Positions 1 through 9,983 of a DNA stretch of 64,000 nucleotides are shown piece after piece (the stretch's first letter is position 1; each line of letters begins with the position of its first letter). The stretch covers positions 2,110-66,109 of the forward strand of contig JARRMU010000001.1 in the NCBI GenBank assembly GCA_037385645.1, read 5' to 3'. This DNA comes from Gemmatimonadales bacterium (GTDB lineage Bacteria; Gemmatimonadota; Gemmatimonadetes; Palauibacterales; Palauibacteraceae). The notes below the pieces were generated by a model. The model did no database searches, had not been told where the DNA came from, and saw nothing but the letters and a program-made list of their open reading frames with translations. The translations under genes were made by a program, and so were the position numbers.

Positions 1-295
1 TGCCGAGGTGGACATCGTGTCGCGGCGGATTTTGGAGAAAGCGGGCTTCGGAGAGTTCCTCCAGCACCGCCTCGGGCACGGAATGGACAGAGCGCTCCAC
101 GGATTCGGCCCCAACCTCGATTCGGTGGAGACGAGGGAAGAGCGCGAGCTCATTCCCGGCATTGGCTTCTCCGTGGAGCCGGGAGTCTACCTGGAGGGCC
201 GTTTCGGGATCAGGTCCGAGATCAACGTCTTCATGGGATCCGATGGCCCCGACGTGACGACCCAAGGCGTCCAGTCCGAGCCCTGGCGCGGGTGA
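1..295 (+). CDS. M24 family metallopeptidase (Xaa-Pro aminopeptidase/prolidase-like), C-terminal fragment; the 5' end lies outside the window
   Basis: The translation matches the M24 C-terminal metal-ligand block (HGLGHGMD...GIGFSVEPGVY). The reading frame is open to the window start. Confidence 0.6.
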   Translation, partial: AEVDIVSRRILEKAGFGEFLQHRLGHGMDRALHGFGPNLDSVETREERELIPGIGFSVEPGVYLEGRFGIRSEINVFMGSDGPDVTTQGVQSEPWRG

Positions 296-332
296 GTCAG
301 GCCCGCCGGCCCGTTCGGATCTGGAGGCAGCC

Positions 333-1364
333 TTGAGACTCAGCTGGGAGAAGTTGCGGCTGGAGCTGGAGTACCCCTTTACGATCAGCCGTTCGACCCG
401 GGACAGCGAGACGGTCGTCTGGGTCCGAATTGAGGCCGAAGGTCTGGAGGGTTGGGGAGAGGCCGATCCTTCGGCCTTCTACGGGGAGAGCGCGGAGACC
501 GTCGTCGACGCCCTTGAGGCCTACCGCTCGGTGATCGAGGGGGCGGATGAGCCGGCCCACCCCGAGTCGATCGAGCGGCTGGAGAGCGGCCTCGAAGCCC
601 GACTGAGCGGCAACGGCTCGGCGAGGGCCGCGATCTCCGCCGCCCTGCACGATCTGCAGGGGAAGATCCTCGACCGTCCGCTCTGGATGCTCTGGGGCCT
701 GGAGCCCGCCGACGCTCCGCTCAGCTCGTTCACGATCGGGATCGACGAGCCCGAGATCGTGGCCGAGAAGGTCCGCCGCGCTCACGAGTACCCGATCCTG
801 AAGATCAAGGTGGGCACCGACCGAGACGAGGAGACCCTCGAGCTGGTGCGCAGCATTGTGCCCGAGGCGGTGTTGCGCGTCGACGCGAACGCGGCCTGGA
901 GTGCCGAAGAGGCGTTGGCTCGACTCCCACTCCTGGCGGAATACGGCGTCGAGTTCGTCGAGCAACCGCTGCCACCGACCGATCGCGACGGGCTCCGAGA
1001 GGTGTTCGAGGGTTCGCCCCTTCCGATCATCCTCGACGAGTCGAGCATCGTCTCCTCGGATATCCCTGGGCTCGTAGGTCGCGCTCACGGCATCAACATC
1101 AAGCTGGCGAAATGCGGCGGTCCGAGAGAAGCTCTTCGGATGATCCACACGGCGCGCGCCTGCGGATTGAAGGTCATGCTTGGTTGCATGATCGAGACCA
1201 GCCTTGGAATAGCTCCGGCCGCCCATCTCTCGCCGCTGGTGGACTACGCGGATCTGGACGGCGCCGCGCTGCTCAAGTCCGATCCGTTCCACGGGCCGCA
1301 CCTGGAGGGGGCCAGGATCGTCCTCGGCGACGAGCCGGGCTTGGGCGTCTCCCTACAGCAGTGA
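333..1364 (+). CDS. Enolase-superfamily dipeptide epimerase (L-Ala-D/L-Glu epimerase-like)
   Basis: The protein carries MR/MLE-family motifs: KIKVG, DANAAW and the metal ligands EQP...DES. Its length of 343 aa fits the family. Confidence 0.75.
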   Translation: MRLSWEKLRLELEYPFTISRSTRDSETVVWVRIEAEGLEGWGEADPSAFYGESAETVVDALEAYRSVIEGADEPAHPESIERLESGLEARLSGNGSARAAISAALHDLQGKILDRPLWMLWGLEPADAPLSSFTIGIDEPEIVAEKVRRAHEYPILKIKVGTDRDEETLELVRSIVPEAVLRVDANAAWSAEEALARLPLLAEYGVEFVEQPLPPTDRDGLREVFEGSPLPIILDESSIVSSDIPGLVGRAHGINIKLAKCGGPREALRMIHTARACGLKVMLGCMIETSLGIAPAAHLSPLVDYADLDGAALLKSDPFHGPHLEGARIVLGDEPGLGVSLQQ

Positions 1365-3656
1365 CTCCGGGTCGCGGTCGATCTCGATCCGTAGGTCGCC
1401 CGAGGGCTGCCCGTGGTGGACGGCCAGGTAGCGCAATACGGAGCCCAACGGACGCGCCCCGTCGGACTTGAGAAGGAAGTGCCAGCGCCAGCGGCCCCTG
1501 AGCCGGTCGATGGGGCAGGGGGCGGGGCCGACAACGTCGACACCGGCGAGGGAGCGCGACCGGATCAGACCCCTCGTCCAATCTGCCAGGCTCCCGGCCA
1601 TGTCCGTCACCCGCGTTTCCGATCGTCCCGAGGCGACGACGTTCGCCAACCGGCGGTGCGGTGGGTAACCGGGCTCGAGACGGTCGTCAATCTCCCGCTC
1701 GGCAAAGCCCACATAGTCGTGCTCGAGGGCTGCCCGGAGGGCGAAGTGGCCAGGCCGTGACGTCTGGACGAGGACTTCGCCGGGCTCGGCGCCCCGTCCG
1801 GCTCTTCCCGCCACCTGCGAGAGGAGTTGGAAGGTGCGCTCGCTCGCGCGGAAATCCGGCAGATTGAGGCCGACGTCCGCGTTGATAACCCCGACCAGAG
1901 TGACCTCCGGGAAGTCGAGCCCCTTCGCGATCATCTGGGTCCCGAGGAGGATGTCCACCTCTCGCTGTCGCATGCGCTCGAGGATCCGGAAGTGCGACCA
2001 CTTCGTGGCTGTCGTGTCCAGATCCATCCGCGCGATCACGGCACCGGGAAAGGTCTCTCCGAGCCGATGCTCCACTTGCTCGGTACCGAGTCCCGAGTAG
2101 GCGATGCGGGTTTCGCACTCATCGCAGTGAACCGGCGGCCGCTCGTGGAAGCCGCAGTGATGGCAGATAATCCTCTGCTGCCGGCGATGGTAGGTGAGCG
2201 AGACGTTGCAGTGCTCGCAGCTCCAGACCTTTCCGCAGTTCTCGCACTGAACGAAGGTGGCGAAGCCGCGCCGGTTCAGAAGCAGGATGCACTGCTCCCC
2301 CTTGTCGAGGCGCGCGGTGATCGCCTCGCGCAGTGGCCCCGAGAGTGCCGGCCCTGCGGGAGCGGGCGTCGTCGCTCGGCCGTTCGACGGCGGCGCTTCG
2401 CCGGGGCGAATATCGATCAGCTGCACACGGGGGAGTGGGTGGTCGGTGACCCGTGTCGGAAGCTCGAGAAGGGCGTAGCGTCCCGAGTGCGCATTGTGCC
2501 AGCTCTCGAGCGAGGGCGTGGCCGACCCCAAAAGGCAAAGCGCGGATTCCCGCTGGCATCGCACGGCGGCCACCGCTCTGGCGTGATACCGGGGCGTCTC
2601 GGACTGCTTGTAGCTTCCCTCGTGTTCCTCGTCGAGGATGATCACGCCGAGATCGCGGATGGGCGCGAAGACGGCCGACCGCGCGCCGATCGCGATGCGC
2701 CTGCGACCTTGCCTCAAAGCCTGCCATGCGTCGAAGCGCTCCCCCGCCGAAAGGCCGGAGTGGAGGACGGCAACGGCGTCGCCGAACGCGGCACGGAAGC
2801 GCTGCACGGTCTGGGGCGTGAGAGAGATCTCCGGCACGAGGAGGATGGCGCCCCGTCCGTTCTCGAGTGCCCTCTCGATCAGCCGAACGTAGACCAGCGT
2901 CTTGCCGGAGCCGGTGACGCCCCTCAAGAGTGCCGACCCGGGTTCCGATCGCTCGAGCATACGGGTCAGAAGCTCGATGACGCGAGCCTGCTCGGCAGAC
3001 GGCCGATGTCTTGGCTCCGGCGAGGATTCCATATCCCGGAAGGGATCGCGTTCCACGCGCTCCTCCGTCAGATCGGCCACGTCGCGCTTCACGAGGCCTG
3101 CCAGAACCGAGCGGCTGAAGCCCTGAGCTTCCAGCTCCACGAGCGTGGAAGCCCCGCCCAGCTCCTCCAGTGCCTCGAATGCCTGCCGCTGTCGGAGCGC
3201 GCGTCCGAACACCCTCTCCCTCTCCTCCAGAGTGGGCAGGCGCCGGCTGAGCCTCAGGACCTTGCGAAGGAGGCCTCCCGCGTCCGCCTCGTCTGCGCTC
3301 TCGGCGAGCAGACCGGGAGGAAGCGCCGCCCGGAACACCAGACCCAGCGGGGCTACGTAATACCGGGCGATCCAGCGGCAGATGTCGAGCAGCTCGGGAG
3401 ACAGGGACGGTTCCGCGTCGAGCAGCTCCAGGGCCGACTTGACGCGGCCGGTCGGCTCTCCCTCGCCCACGGTGTCAATGCACCCGATCGCCTCGCGATT
3501 ACCGAACGGAACCCGGAGTCGCATTCCCGGCTTCGCGCTGCGACGGATCTCCTCGGGAAGGAGGTAGGTAAAAGTCTGGTATACAGGCCTGGGAAGGGCG
3601 ACCTGGCAGGTGGCCGTGGAGCGGGTCATCCGCCCGCCGTTGCTTGACTTGTCCAT
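1353..3656 (-). CDS. priA: Primosomal protein N' (PriA helicase)
   Basis: Walker A (GVTGSGKT), DEEH box and the double Cys4 zinc-binding region (CENCG...CEHC...CHHCG...CDEC) are present. A second candidate start, MTRST at 3629, is also possible. Confidence 0.9.
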   Translation of the reverse strand: MDKSSNGGRMTRSTATCQVALPRPVYQTFTYLLPEEIRRSAKPGMRLRVPFGNREAIGCIDTVGEGEPTGRVKSALELLDAEPSLSPELLDICRWIARYYVAPLGLVFRAALPPGLLAESADEADAGGLLRKVLRLSRRLPTLEERERVFGRALRQRQAFEALEELGGASTLVELEAQGFSRSVLAGLVKRDVADLTEERVERDPFRDMESSPEPRHRPSAEQARVIELLTRMLERSEPGSALLRGVTGSGKTLVYVRLIERALENGRGAILLVPEISLTPQTVQRFRAAFGDAVAVLHSGLSAGERFDAWQALRQGRRRIAIGARSAVFAPIRDLGVIILDEEHEGSYKQSETPRYHARAVAAVRCQRESALCLLGSATPSLESWHNAHSGRYALLELPTRVTDHPLPRVQLIDIRPGEAPPSNGRATTPAPAGPALSGPLREAITARLDKGEQCILLLNRRGFATFVQCENCGKVWSCEHCNVSLTYHRRQQRIICHHCGFHERPPVHCDECETRIAYSGLGTEQVEHRLGETFPGAVIARMDLDTTATKWSHFRILERMRQREVDILLGTQMIAKGLDFPEVTLVGVINADVGLNLPDFRASERTFQLLSQVAGRAGRGAEPGEVLVQTSRPGHFALRAALEHDYVGFAEREIDDRLEPGYPPHRRLANVVASGRSETRVTDMAGSLADWTRGLIRSRSLAGVDVVGPAPCPIDRLRGRWRWHFLLKSDGARPLGSVLRYLAVHHGQPSGDLRIEIDRDPESLL

Positions 3657-3700
3657 CCGCGGAGGCCTAGAATCCTCGCCCAGCCAGGAGGGCTGCGCAC

Positions 3701-4255
3701 ATGGGCTGTCTCGCTCTGAACGCGTCGTATGAGCCGCTGACGATCATACCCGTCCGGCGAGCGGTTCGGCTGGTCATCGACCGAAAAGCCGAAGCGCTCG
3801 AGGTCGACGACGAGCGTCCGTTTCGCTCGGAGCGAGCCCACTACGCAGCCCCCGTCGTCATCAGGCTCGTCCGGTTCATACACGTGCCACGCAGGTTCCG
3901 CAGGCAGGTTACCAACACGTTTCTCTTCGCCCGTGACGAGTACCGATGTCAGTACTGCGGTCGTCACCGCCGCGAGCTGGGTTACAGGGAGTCCCTCACC
4001 CGGGATCACCTCGTTCCGATCTCACGCGGTGGGGGGAACGGCTGGACGAACGTCGTCACCGCCTGCAGCCGCTGCAACCTCCGCAAAGGTAACCGGCTTC
4101 CCGAGGAGTGCGGGCTCAAGCTACGCACGGAGCCCCACGAGCCGAACCACGTTCAACTGATCTGGGCCGTGCGCAGCGTCACGCCGATTCAGGCGACGTA
4201 CATTGGGATGTTCTACGGGGAAGAGATCCTCAGCGCGCTCACCACCGGATCGTAG
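3701..4255 (+). CDS. HNH endonuclease family protein
   Basis: The HNH core (CQYCG...DHLVPISRGG...N...CSRCNLRKGN) is present. The gene is divergent from priA across a 45-nt gap. Confidence 0.8.
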   Translation: MGCLALNASYEPLTIIPVRRAVRLVIDRKAEALEVDDERPFRSERAHYAAPVVIRLVRFIHVPRRFRRQVTNTFLFARDEYRCQYCGRHRRELGYRESLTRDHLVPISRGGGNGWTNVVTACSRCNLRKGNRLPEECGLKLRTEPHEPNHVQLIWAVRSVTPIQATYIGMFYGEEILSALTTGS

Positions 4256-4285
4256 AGAGTAGCGAGCCGCTCCGCGGCGCTTCCT

Positions 4286-4801
4286 ATGAGCTTTGGCAAC
4301 TTCGGCTTCTCGGAAATACTCATCATCGCCGTGCTGGTGCTGATCTTCTTCGGCCCCCGTCGCATGCCGGAGATCGGCCGCGCGGTCGGTGGTGCTCTGC
4401 GGGAGTTTCGGCGCGGCCTCAACGAGATCCAGCGGGAGCTTCAGGAAGCCGAGCGCGCGGCCAAGATCGACCCGGACATCGTCTCGAGGGCCCAGCCGGG
4501 CCCGGGCGCCAAGACGGGCTCGGCTGCTACCACCGCGTCGGAGCCTTCGACGCCCGCATCACCGACGTCCGACCTGCCCACGCCCCTGGCCGCTGCCATG
4601 GCCTCGCCATCGGAGCCGAGCACCGCCATGCGGAGCGAAGACGAGCTCGCGAGCGCGGATGACGCGGCGGACGAGGCGGGGGACGATGACGAGGGTGTCA
4701 CGGCGGAAGCGGGGGACGATGAGGTGGCGGCTTCGGTCGGCGCCCCGGAACAAACCGACGCGCCCATCAAGAAGGAGGCAGGTCCGGAGCGAGCCAGTTG
4801 A
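4286..4801 (+). CDS. tatA: Sec-independent translocase protein TatA/E, with a long acidic Ala/Ser/Pro-rich C-terminal tail
   Basis: The N-terminus MSFGNFGFSEILIIAVLVLIFFGPRRMPEIGRAVG is the TatA TM-hinge-amphipathic signature. The rest of the protein is low complexity. Confidence 0.8.
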   Translation: MSFGNFGFSEILIIAVLVLIFFGPRRMPEIGRAVGGALREFRRGLNEIQRELQEAERAAKIDPDIVSRAQPGPGAKTGSAATTASEPSTPASPTSDLPTPLAAAMASPSEPSTAMRSEDELASADDAADEAGDDDEGVTAEAGDDEVAASVGAPEQTDAPIKKEAGPERAS

Positions 4802-4853
4802 CTCTGCCCTCTCAGGGTCCGGTAGGCCCGAATGCCCGTGTGACTCCTGAGAG

Positions 4854-6467
4854 CTAGGACCCGTTTCCGCCTGCGTGCTCGCTCAGCAGCTTCCGGTATT
4901 CCTCGCTGTCATCCTTCTTTAAGACCCGCAGCCAGTGCTCCGCTGGCGGGGCTCCCGCCGCATCGGCGACATCGGCGTAGCCCGGCCCGGTGATCCGCAC
5001 TTTCGGCAGCGAGGACCAGTCGTCGGTGGCCTCGGCCTGAAGTCGCAAGCGGGCTTTCTGCGGGCATTCGCTGCACAGCACGGCTCTTCCATTTTCGAGC
5101 TCGAGCGACCGGCCATTGAGCGTGTAGTCCCCCGGCGAGTCGTCGGCGAGCAGCTCGAGCGTAAAGCCGGAGAGCCAACCCGGCACCTTCCACTCCCCGG
5201 TCAGCCCCGCCCCGGCCCGCGGCAGGTTACCGCCCGCTCCGGTCCAGCCACGCAGCTGGATCGGCTCGTGGAACACCCTCAAGACCCGATCCGCCGCCAG
5301 GCGGCGGGCCATCTCCTCATCATGGTCCTTCCACTCGAGCCGGACCGACACACCCTCGCCGAGAGCCACCGCACGAAGCTTCTCGAGCGGTACAAGCTCG
5401 AACACCGATTCGACGCTCTCCTTTCCGGTGGGCGTCTGCCCGAAGCGGTACTCCGCCTTCTCGCCGCCGATCTCCAGTTTGGCCTCAGCATCCGGCGGAG
5501 GGGATCCTCCCCAGAGACGAAAATCGACCACCACCTCGGCCGAGAGGTCGTCGCCACGCCACTCCAGTCCCGGCACCCTGATGGCCATCACGTCGATGGA
5601 TGCCTGCGGGCGTATCGGTTGGATCCCCGGGGGACGGGAGGCTTGAATCCGAAGCTCATCGACCGATTCCCCGCCCGGGCCGGGTGAAACGACGACGGCG
5701 AAACCGTACGGTTCACTGTCGCCCTCCACCCTGACGAGAAGGGCGTTCCATCCCCCCGCGAGGCGCACTGTCGCCGACGCCGTCGTCGACTCGCTCGTGC
5801 AGTCCGTCGCACCGGAATCGGCTTCCAACGGTAGCGGCTGCTCGTTGAGCTTTGCCGACACCTCGGTGCATCCCAGGCCGGAGAAGAGCAGCGTCACGGT
5901 CCGATCGGCGGTCGGTCGGAGGTAGGCGTGCGCGAAGGTGGCCGTAGCTCCGGACCGATCCACCAGCGTGTCGAGATCGAAGACCGGGTTCCCGTCCTGC
6001 CGCACCAGCCGCCAAACGGTCGCGCCGACGCGCGTGCCCCGCTCTGGGAAAAGAACCGAATCGCGGCGCACCATCCAGCCGGGTCGAAGGCCGGGAAGCG
6101 GTCCTCCGCCCTGTGGGGCTCGCCGCGGCGGTCTCCGACCCAGCGCCTCGTCCAGCTCGGGATTGGAGGGTCTACCAGCGATTGAATCAGCCTTTGCGAG
6201 GTCCTCCTCGAGCCGCGTGGGGGCAGGAGGCACGATGGCCCCGGGCTGGAAGAGGGGGTTCAGCTCCGCAACGGTGGGGAGGGGTCCCTCGTCGCCCACC
6301 GAGGCGGCCGAGAACGGACGGGAAAGGAGCCAGCGATCTATCGGGCGATCCTGGCCCACGAGCGGTCCAGGTATCACGAGGAGCAGGCTCCATGTCATCG
6401 CCAGGACCGTCGTCAGCCGGACTCCGACTGCTCGTCCAAAGTTCGTGGATCTCAGTCGGTTTGGCAT
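4854..6467 (-). CDS. Hypothetical secreted protein
   Basis: The ORF is long and uninterrupted. Start was chosen at MPNRLRS..., which is followed by a hydrophobic signal-like segment (LTTVLAMTWSLLLVIPGPLVG). No family was recognised. Confidence 0.5.
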   Translation of the reverse strand: MPNRLRSTNFGRAVGVRLTTVLAMTWSLLLVIPGPLVGQDRPIDRWLLSRPFSAASVGDEGPLPTVAELNPLFQPGAIVPPAPTRLEEDLAKADSIAGRPSNPELDEALGRRPPRRAPQGGGPLPGLRPGWMVRRDSVLFPERGTRVGATVWRLVRQDGNPVFDLDTLVDRSGATATFAHAYLRPTADRTVTLLFSGLGCTEVSAKLNEQPLPLEADSGATDCTSESTTASATVRLAGGWNALLVRVEGDSEPYGFAVVVSPGPGGESVDELRIQASRPPGIQPIRPQASIDVMAIRVPGLEWRGDDLSAEVVVDFRLWGGSPPPDAEAKLEIGGEKAEYRFGQTPTGKESVESVFELVPLEKLRAVALGEGVSVRLEWKDHDEEMARRLAADRVLRVFHEPIQLRGWTGAGGNLPRAGAGLTGEWKVPGWLSGFTLELLADDSPGDYTLNGRSLELENGRAVLCSECPQKARLRLQAEATDDWSSLPKVRITGPGYADVADAAGAPPAEHWLRVLKKDDSEEYRKLLSEHAGGNGS

Positions 6468-6696
6468 CTTTTTTCGAGCCTCCCGCCCTCGGAATCTCCA
6501 GCCATCGCACCTCGACCGCCCTCGGCCTCTCTTGCTCTGCAGCCTACGATCCTTCGTCGGCGTCCCCGCAAAACCCACCTTACCCTGGCCTCCGCGTCCG
6601 GTTCGGTTTGAATCGGCTTCGTTGGGGGAGGTATTATCTTACCCTCTGGATCCCGGCCGGTCCGGCGTGTCCGGCCCACGATCACGCGGAGCATGT

Positions 6697-7278
6697 ATGA
6701 AAGAGATCGTCACGCTCCACATCAACGGCGACGAGGTCGAAGTGGGAGTACCCACCCACTTCACCCTCCTCGAGACTCTTCGCTATGCCCTCGGATTGAC
6801 CGGCTCGAAGCAGGGTTGTGACAAGGGCGACTGCGGCGCCTGCACCGTCCTGCTCGACGGCGAGCCGCATCTAGCCTGCATCATGCCGGTGTACGAAGCC
6901 ATCGGGCACCAGGTCACGACGGTGGAAGGGCTGGCCGAAGGCCGAGTGCCCCACCCCCTCCAGGATGCCTTCGATCTCTGCGGCGCGGCCCAGTGCGGCT
7001 TCTGTACGCCCGGCATCTTGTGCAGTGCCTATGGGCTGCTGGCCGAGAACGCCGATCCAAGCCGTGATGAGATCCGGCGGGCCCTCTCCGGCAACCTGTG
7101 CCGCTGCACCGGATACACGAAGATCTTCGAGGCGGTCGAGATCGCGGCCGAGAGCCTCCGTTCCGGGGTGGACCCGCGGGACATCGTCGCGGAGCGCTAC
7201 GAGCTCGCATTCCCGTCCAGCTCGATGCAACCGGCTGAACACACGGCCAGGTCTTCTACGGGCGCTGCCCATGCGTAA
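6697..7278 (+). CDS. (2Fe-2S)-binding small subunit of a xanthine dehydrogenase/CO dehydrogenase-family molybdoenzyme (CoxS/HcrC-like)
   Basis: Both cluster motifs are present: the plant-ferredoxin-like C..GDCGAC and the second cluster CGFCTPG...CRCTGY. The ATG overlaps the next gene as ATGCGTAA. Confidence 0.85.
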   Translation: MKEIVTLHINGDEVEVGVPTHFTLLETLRYALGLTGSKQGCDKGDCGACTVLLDGEPHLACIMPVYEAIGHQVTTVEGLAEGRVPHPLQDAFDLCGAAQCGFCTPGILCSAYGLLAENADPSRDEIRRALSGNLCRCTGYTKIFEAVEIAAESLRSGVDPRDIVAERYELAFPSSSMQPAEHTARSSTGAAHA

Positions 7279-9513
7279 CGAAGACCTTCTGCCGCTTCAA
7301 GAGGTCACGGCTGACGCGCCGGAGCGGCTTAGAGAGGTAGCGGAGGCCGAATACCGGACGATCGGCGGCCGTAACCGGAGCACGGATGGCTTGTTCAAGT
7401 CCACCGGCAAGGCCGCCTACACCGACGACATCACCTTTCCCGGCATGCTCCACGCCAAGATCCTCCGCAGCACCGAACCGCACGCGAGGATCCTGGCGAT
7501 CGACGCGGCGAAGGCGCTCGAACTGCCTGGCGTCTACGAAGTCATCACCGGCCAGGACATGCGGACTCCTTACGGCATCATCCCCTGGACGCCGGACGAG
7601 CACGCCCTTGCCGTCGGGAAGGTGCGTTTCGTCGGCGATGCGGTCGCGTGCGTGGCGGCGATCGACGAAGAGACGGCAACTGCCGCGCTGGAGCTGATCG
7701 AGGTCGAGTACGAGCGGCTTCCCTACTACCTGGATCCGGAAGATGCTCTTGCGGGTCCAGCCGCCGAGATCCCGATCCACGAGCCCCGCAAACCGGGCCG
7801 CAACGGCAACGTCCTCAAGCGCGTGCAGCTCGAGTTCGGGTCCGTCGACGAGAAGATGGAAGAGGCCGATGTGCTTGTAGAGGGCGAGTACTTCTTCCAC
7901 GGGACGACGCACGCGCCGATCGAGCCCCATTGCGCGATATCGCGTGTGAACCAGAACGGCCTGCTCGAGGTGTGGTCGGCCACGCAGGTGCCGCACTATC
8001 TGCAGCGGGAGATCGCCCGCGTGCTCGGCTTGGACGTCGCTCAGGTGCGTGTCGTGCAGCCCGCGGTGGGTGGAGCGTTCGGCGGGAAGTCAGAGCCCTT
8101 CGATCTCGAGTTTTGCGTGGCGTTGCTCGCGCTTCGCACGGGCCGGCCGGTGAAGATCCTCTACACGCGGGAGGAGGTCTTCTACTCCCACCGCGGCCGG
8201 CATCCGATGAAGATGACGTACCGGGTGGGTGCATCAATGGATGGCCGCATCCTCGCCGTGGACGCGAAGACGATCCTCGATGGGGGGGCGTACGCGTCCT
8301 TCGGGCTGGTCACGACCTACTACAGCGGGCAACTCCTGACCGCGCCCTACGAGATCGAGTCCTACCGCTTCGATTCCACGCGGGTCTACACGAACAAAGC
8401 CCCGTGCGGGCCCAAGCGGGGGCACGGCTCCGTTCAGCCGCGCTTCGCGTTCGAGATCTCGCTCGACAAGGTGGCCGAGGAGCTGGGTCTGGATCCGATC
8501 GAGTTCAGGCGTGGCGTCTTCATGGGTACCGGCCGCACGGTGAACGAGTTTCGGGTGCGCTCCAACGGATTCCTGGAGTGCCTCGAATCGGTCGAAAGGG
8601 CGAGCAGCTGGAAGGACAAGTTCCGGAAGATGGGCTACGGCCGGGGCATCGGCGTGGCGGGATCCTGCTACATCTCCGGTACCAACTACCCGATCTATCC
8701 CAACCCGATGCCGCAGGCGGCCGTACAGGTCCAGGTGGAGCGGTCGGGCCGCGTCACCGTACTCCATGGCGCGTCCGAGATCGGCCAGGGCTCCGACTCG
8801 ACGATGGCGTACATCGCCTGCGAGGAGCTCGGCGTTCCCCTCGAGTATGTGCGGGTCTTTTCTGCCGATACCGATCTCGTTCCCGTCGACCTCGGAGCGT
8901 ACTCCTCCCGCGAAACGGTAATGGTGGGGAACGCCTGCGTGATGGCCTGCCGACAGATCGGTGAGACGGTTCGGCGGAGCGTCGCGGCGGAATGGGGCGT
9001 CGATCCGTCCCGGGTTCGACTGGCCGGTGGCTGGGCATTCGACAGCGGAGATCCCGACAGCGCTGAACGCCGCATGCCGATCGCGCAGGCTTTCCAGCTC
9101 GCTGAGGCCAGCCACGGCACGCTGGGAGCCGTCGGCCACTACAACACACCCAAGAGATCGAGGGCTCTGCCTACATGGGGTGCGCCGAGGCGATCCTAGA
9201 GGAGCAGAGCTACAAGACGGGCGAGCACCAGGGCGCGCTTCACGACGCCCCCTCCCTCCTGGACTACCGGATCCCCACCTCGCTCGACTGTCCCGAGTTC
9301 GTGCCGCTCATCGTGGAGTCGATCGATCCGGAGGGGCCGTACGGGGCCAAGGAAGCGGGCGAGGGGCCGCTCCACCCTTCGCTACCCGCAATCGCCAACG
9401 CGATCTACGATGCGATCGGAATCCGGATCGACAGTCTGCCTTTCACGCCGGATCGGGTGTGGCGCGCGATTCGGGATGCCGAAGCGGCGAAGAGCGCGGA
9501 GGAGGTCGCTTGA
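7271..9513 (+). pseudogene. Molybdopterin-binding large subunit of a xanthine dehydrogenase-family enzyme, reading frame disrupted near 9150 (and possibly carrying an internal deletion)
   Basis: The N-terminal 640 aa (7271-9199) and the C-terminal 112 aa (9175-9513) are both family-like (GHY..P, then QEIEGSAYMG...PYGAKEAGEG...AIANAIYDAIG) but lie in different frames. Both frames are open across 9106-9199. A single-base indel near 9151-9156 would fuse them. Confidence 0.55.
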
Positions 9514-9661
9514 CATCGATTCGCACATGTCCGCCGCTCGGCACGACATCGGCTACATAGGATCGAAAGCCACCCGGGCTGGGTAGGCTCTTAGGACCCG
9601 GCGGGAAAGTCGGGGACGAACCTACGTCGGCGGGCTCGACCGACCGCAACTCGAGGGAGTC

Positions 9662-9934
9662 GTGCCAGAGGTCGAGCCACTGCAAGGAGAGAGTGTGGGA
9701 AGACGAACAAACTACAGCTTTGAAAAACGACAAAAAGAGCTCAAGAAGAAGAAGAAGCAGGAGGCGAAAGCCGAGAAGAAGAGATTGAGGAAGGAGGCAA
9801 AGGAACTAGCGGCTTCGGAGCCTGCGGGCGCGATCGGGGATGCCGACGCGAGCGCGGGATCCGAAGAGGACGTTCCCTCCGGCGCTCCCTCCGGCGATGA
9901 TCAGGTCCGAGAGAGCGTCGCCGATCGCAATTGA
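9662..9934 (+). CDS. Small lysine-rich hypothetical protein (GTG start)
   Basis: There is a GGGAG RBS before the GTG. The protein has a highly basic KKKKKQEAKAEKKRLRK core and an acidic tail, in a locally low-GC segment. Confidence 0.3.
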   Translation: MPEVEPLQGESVGRRTNYSFEKRQKELKKKKKQEAKAEKKRLRKEAKELAASEPAGAIGDADASAGSEEDVPSGAPSGDDQVRESVADRN

Positions 9935-9983
9935 GCGAAACAGGAGGATCGTGAGCGGCGGCACATCCCCCCGAGCGGTCGAG

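Noticed and set aside
1827-3647. 606-aa ORF on the plus strand, antisense to priA
   Set aside because: It is Arg/Ala/Gly-rich low complexity, as expected for open antisense frames in roughly 70% GC DNA. priA on the opposite strand has unambiguous helicase and zinc-finger motifs.
4807-4854. Inverted repeat CTCTCAGG...CCTGAGAG between the convergent tatA and secreted-protein genes
   Set aside because: The stem is only 8 bp, the loop is 29 nt, and there is no U tract. It could be a weak bidirectional terminator but is too marginal to annotate.
6570-6660. Direct repeat CTTACCCT(n)GG twice in the divergent promoter region upstream of the 2Fe-2S gene
   Set aside because: The repeat is short (8 nt) and occurs only twice. 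It is not distinguishable from chance without comparative data.
5938-6696. 5' extension of the 2Fe-2S subunit ORF (446-aa version)
   Set aside because: The extension is antisense to the secreted-protein gene and has Pro/Arg/Ser-rich composition. The ferredoxin domain begins cleanly at MKEIVTLHING (6697), preceded by an intergenic promoter region.
7648-8964. 438-aa and other overlapping Arg-rich ORFs within the Mo-subunit gene region
   Set aside because: These are alternate-frame artefacts of GC-rich coding sequence. The main frame carries the family motifs.
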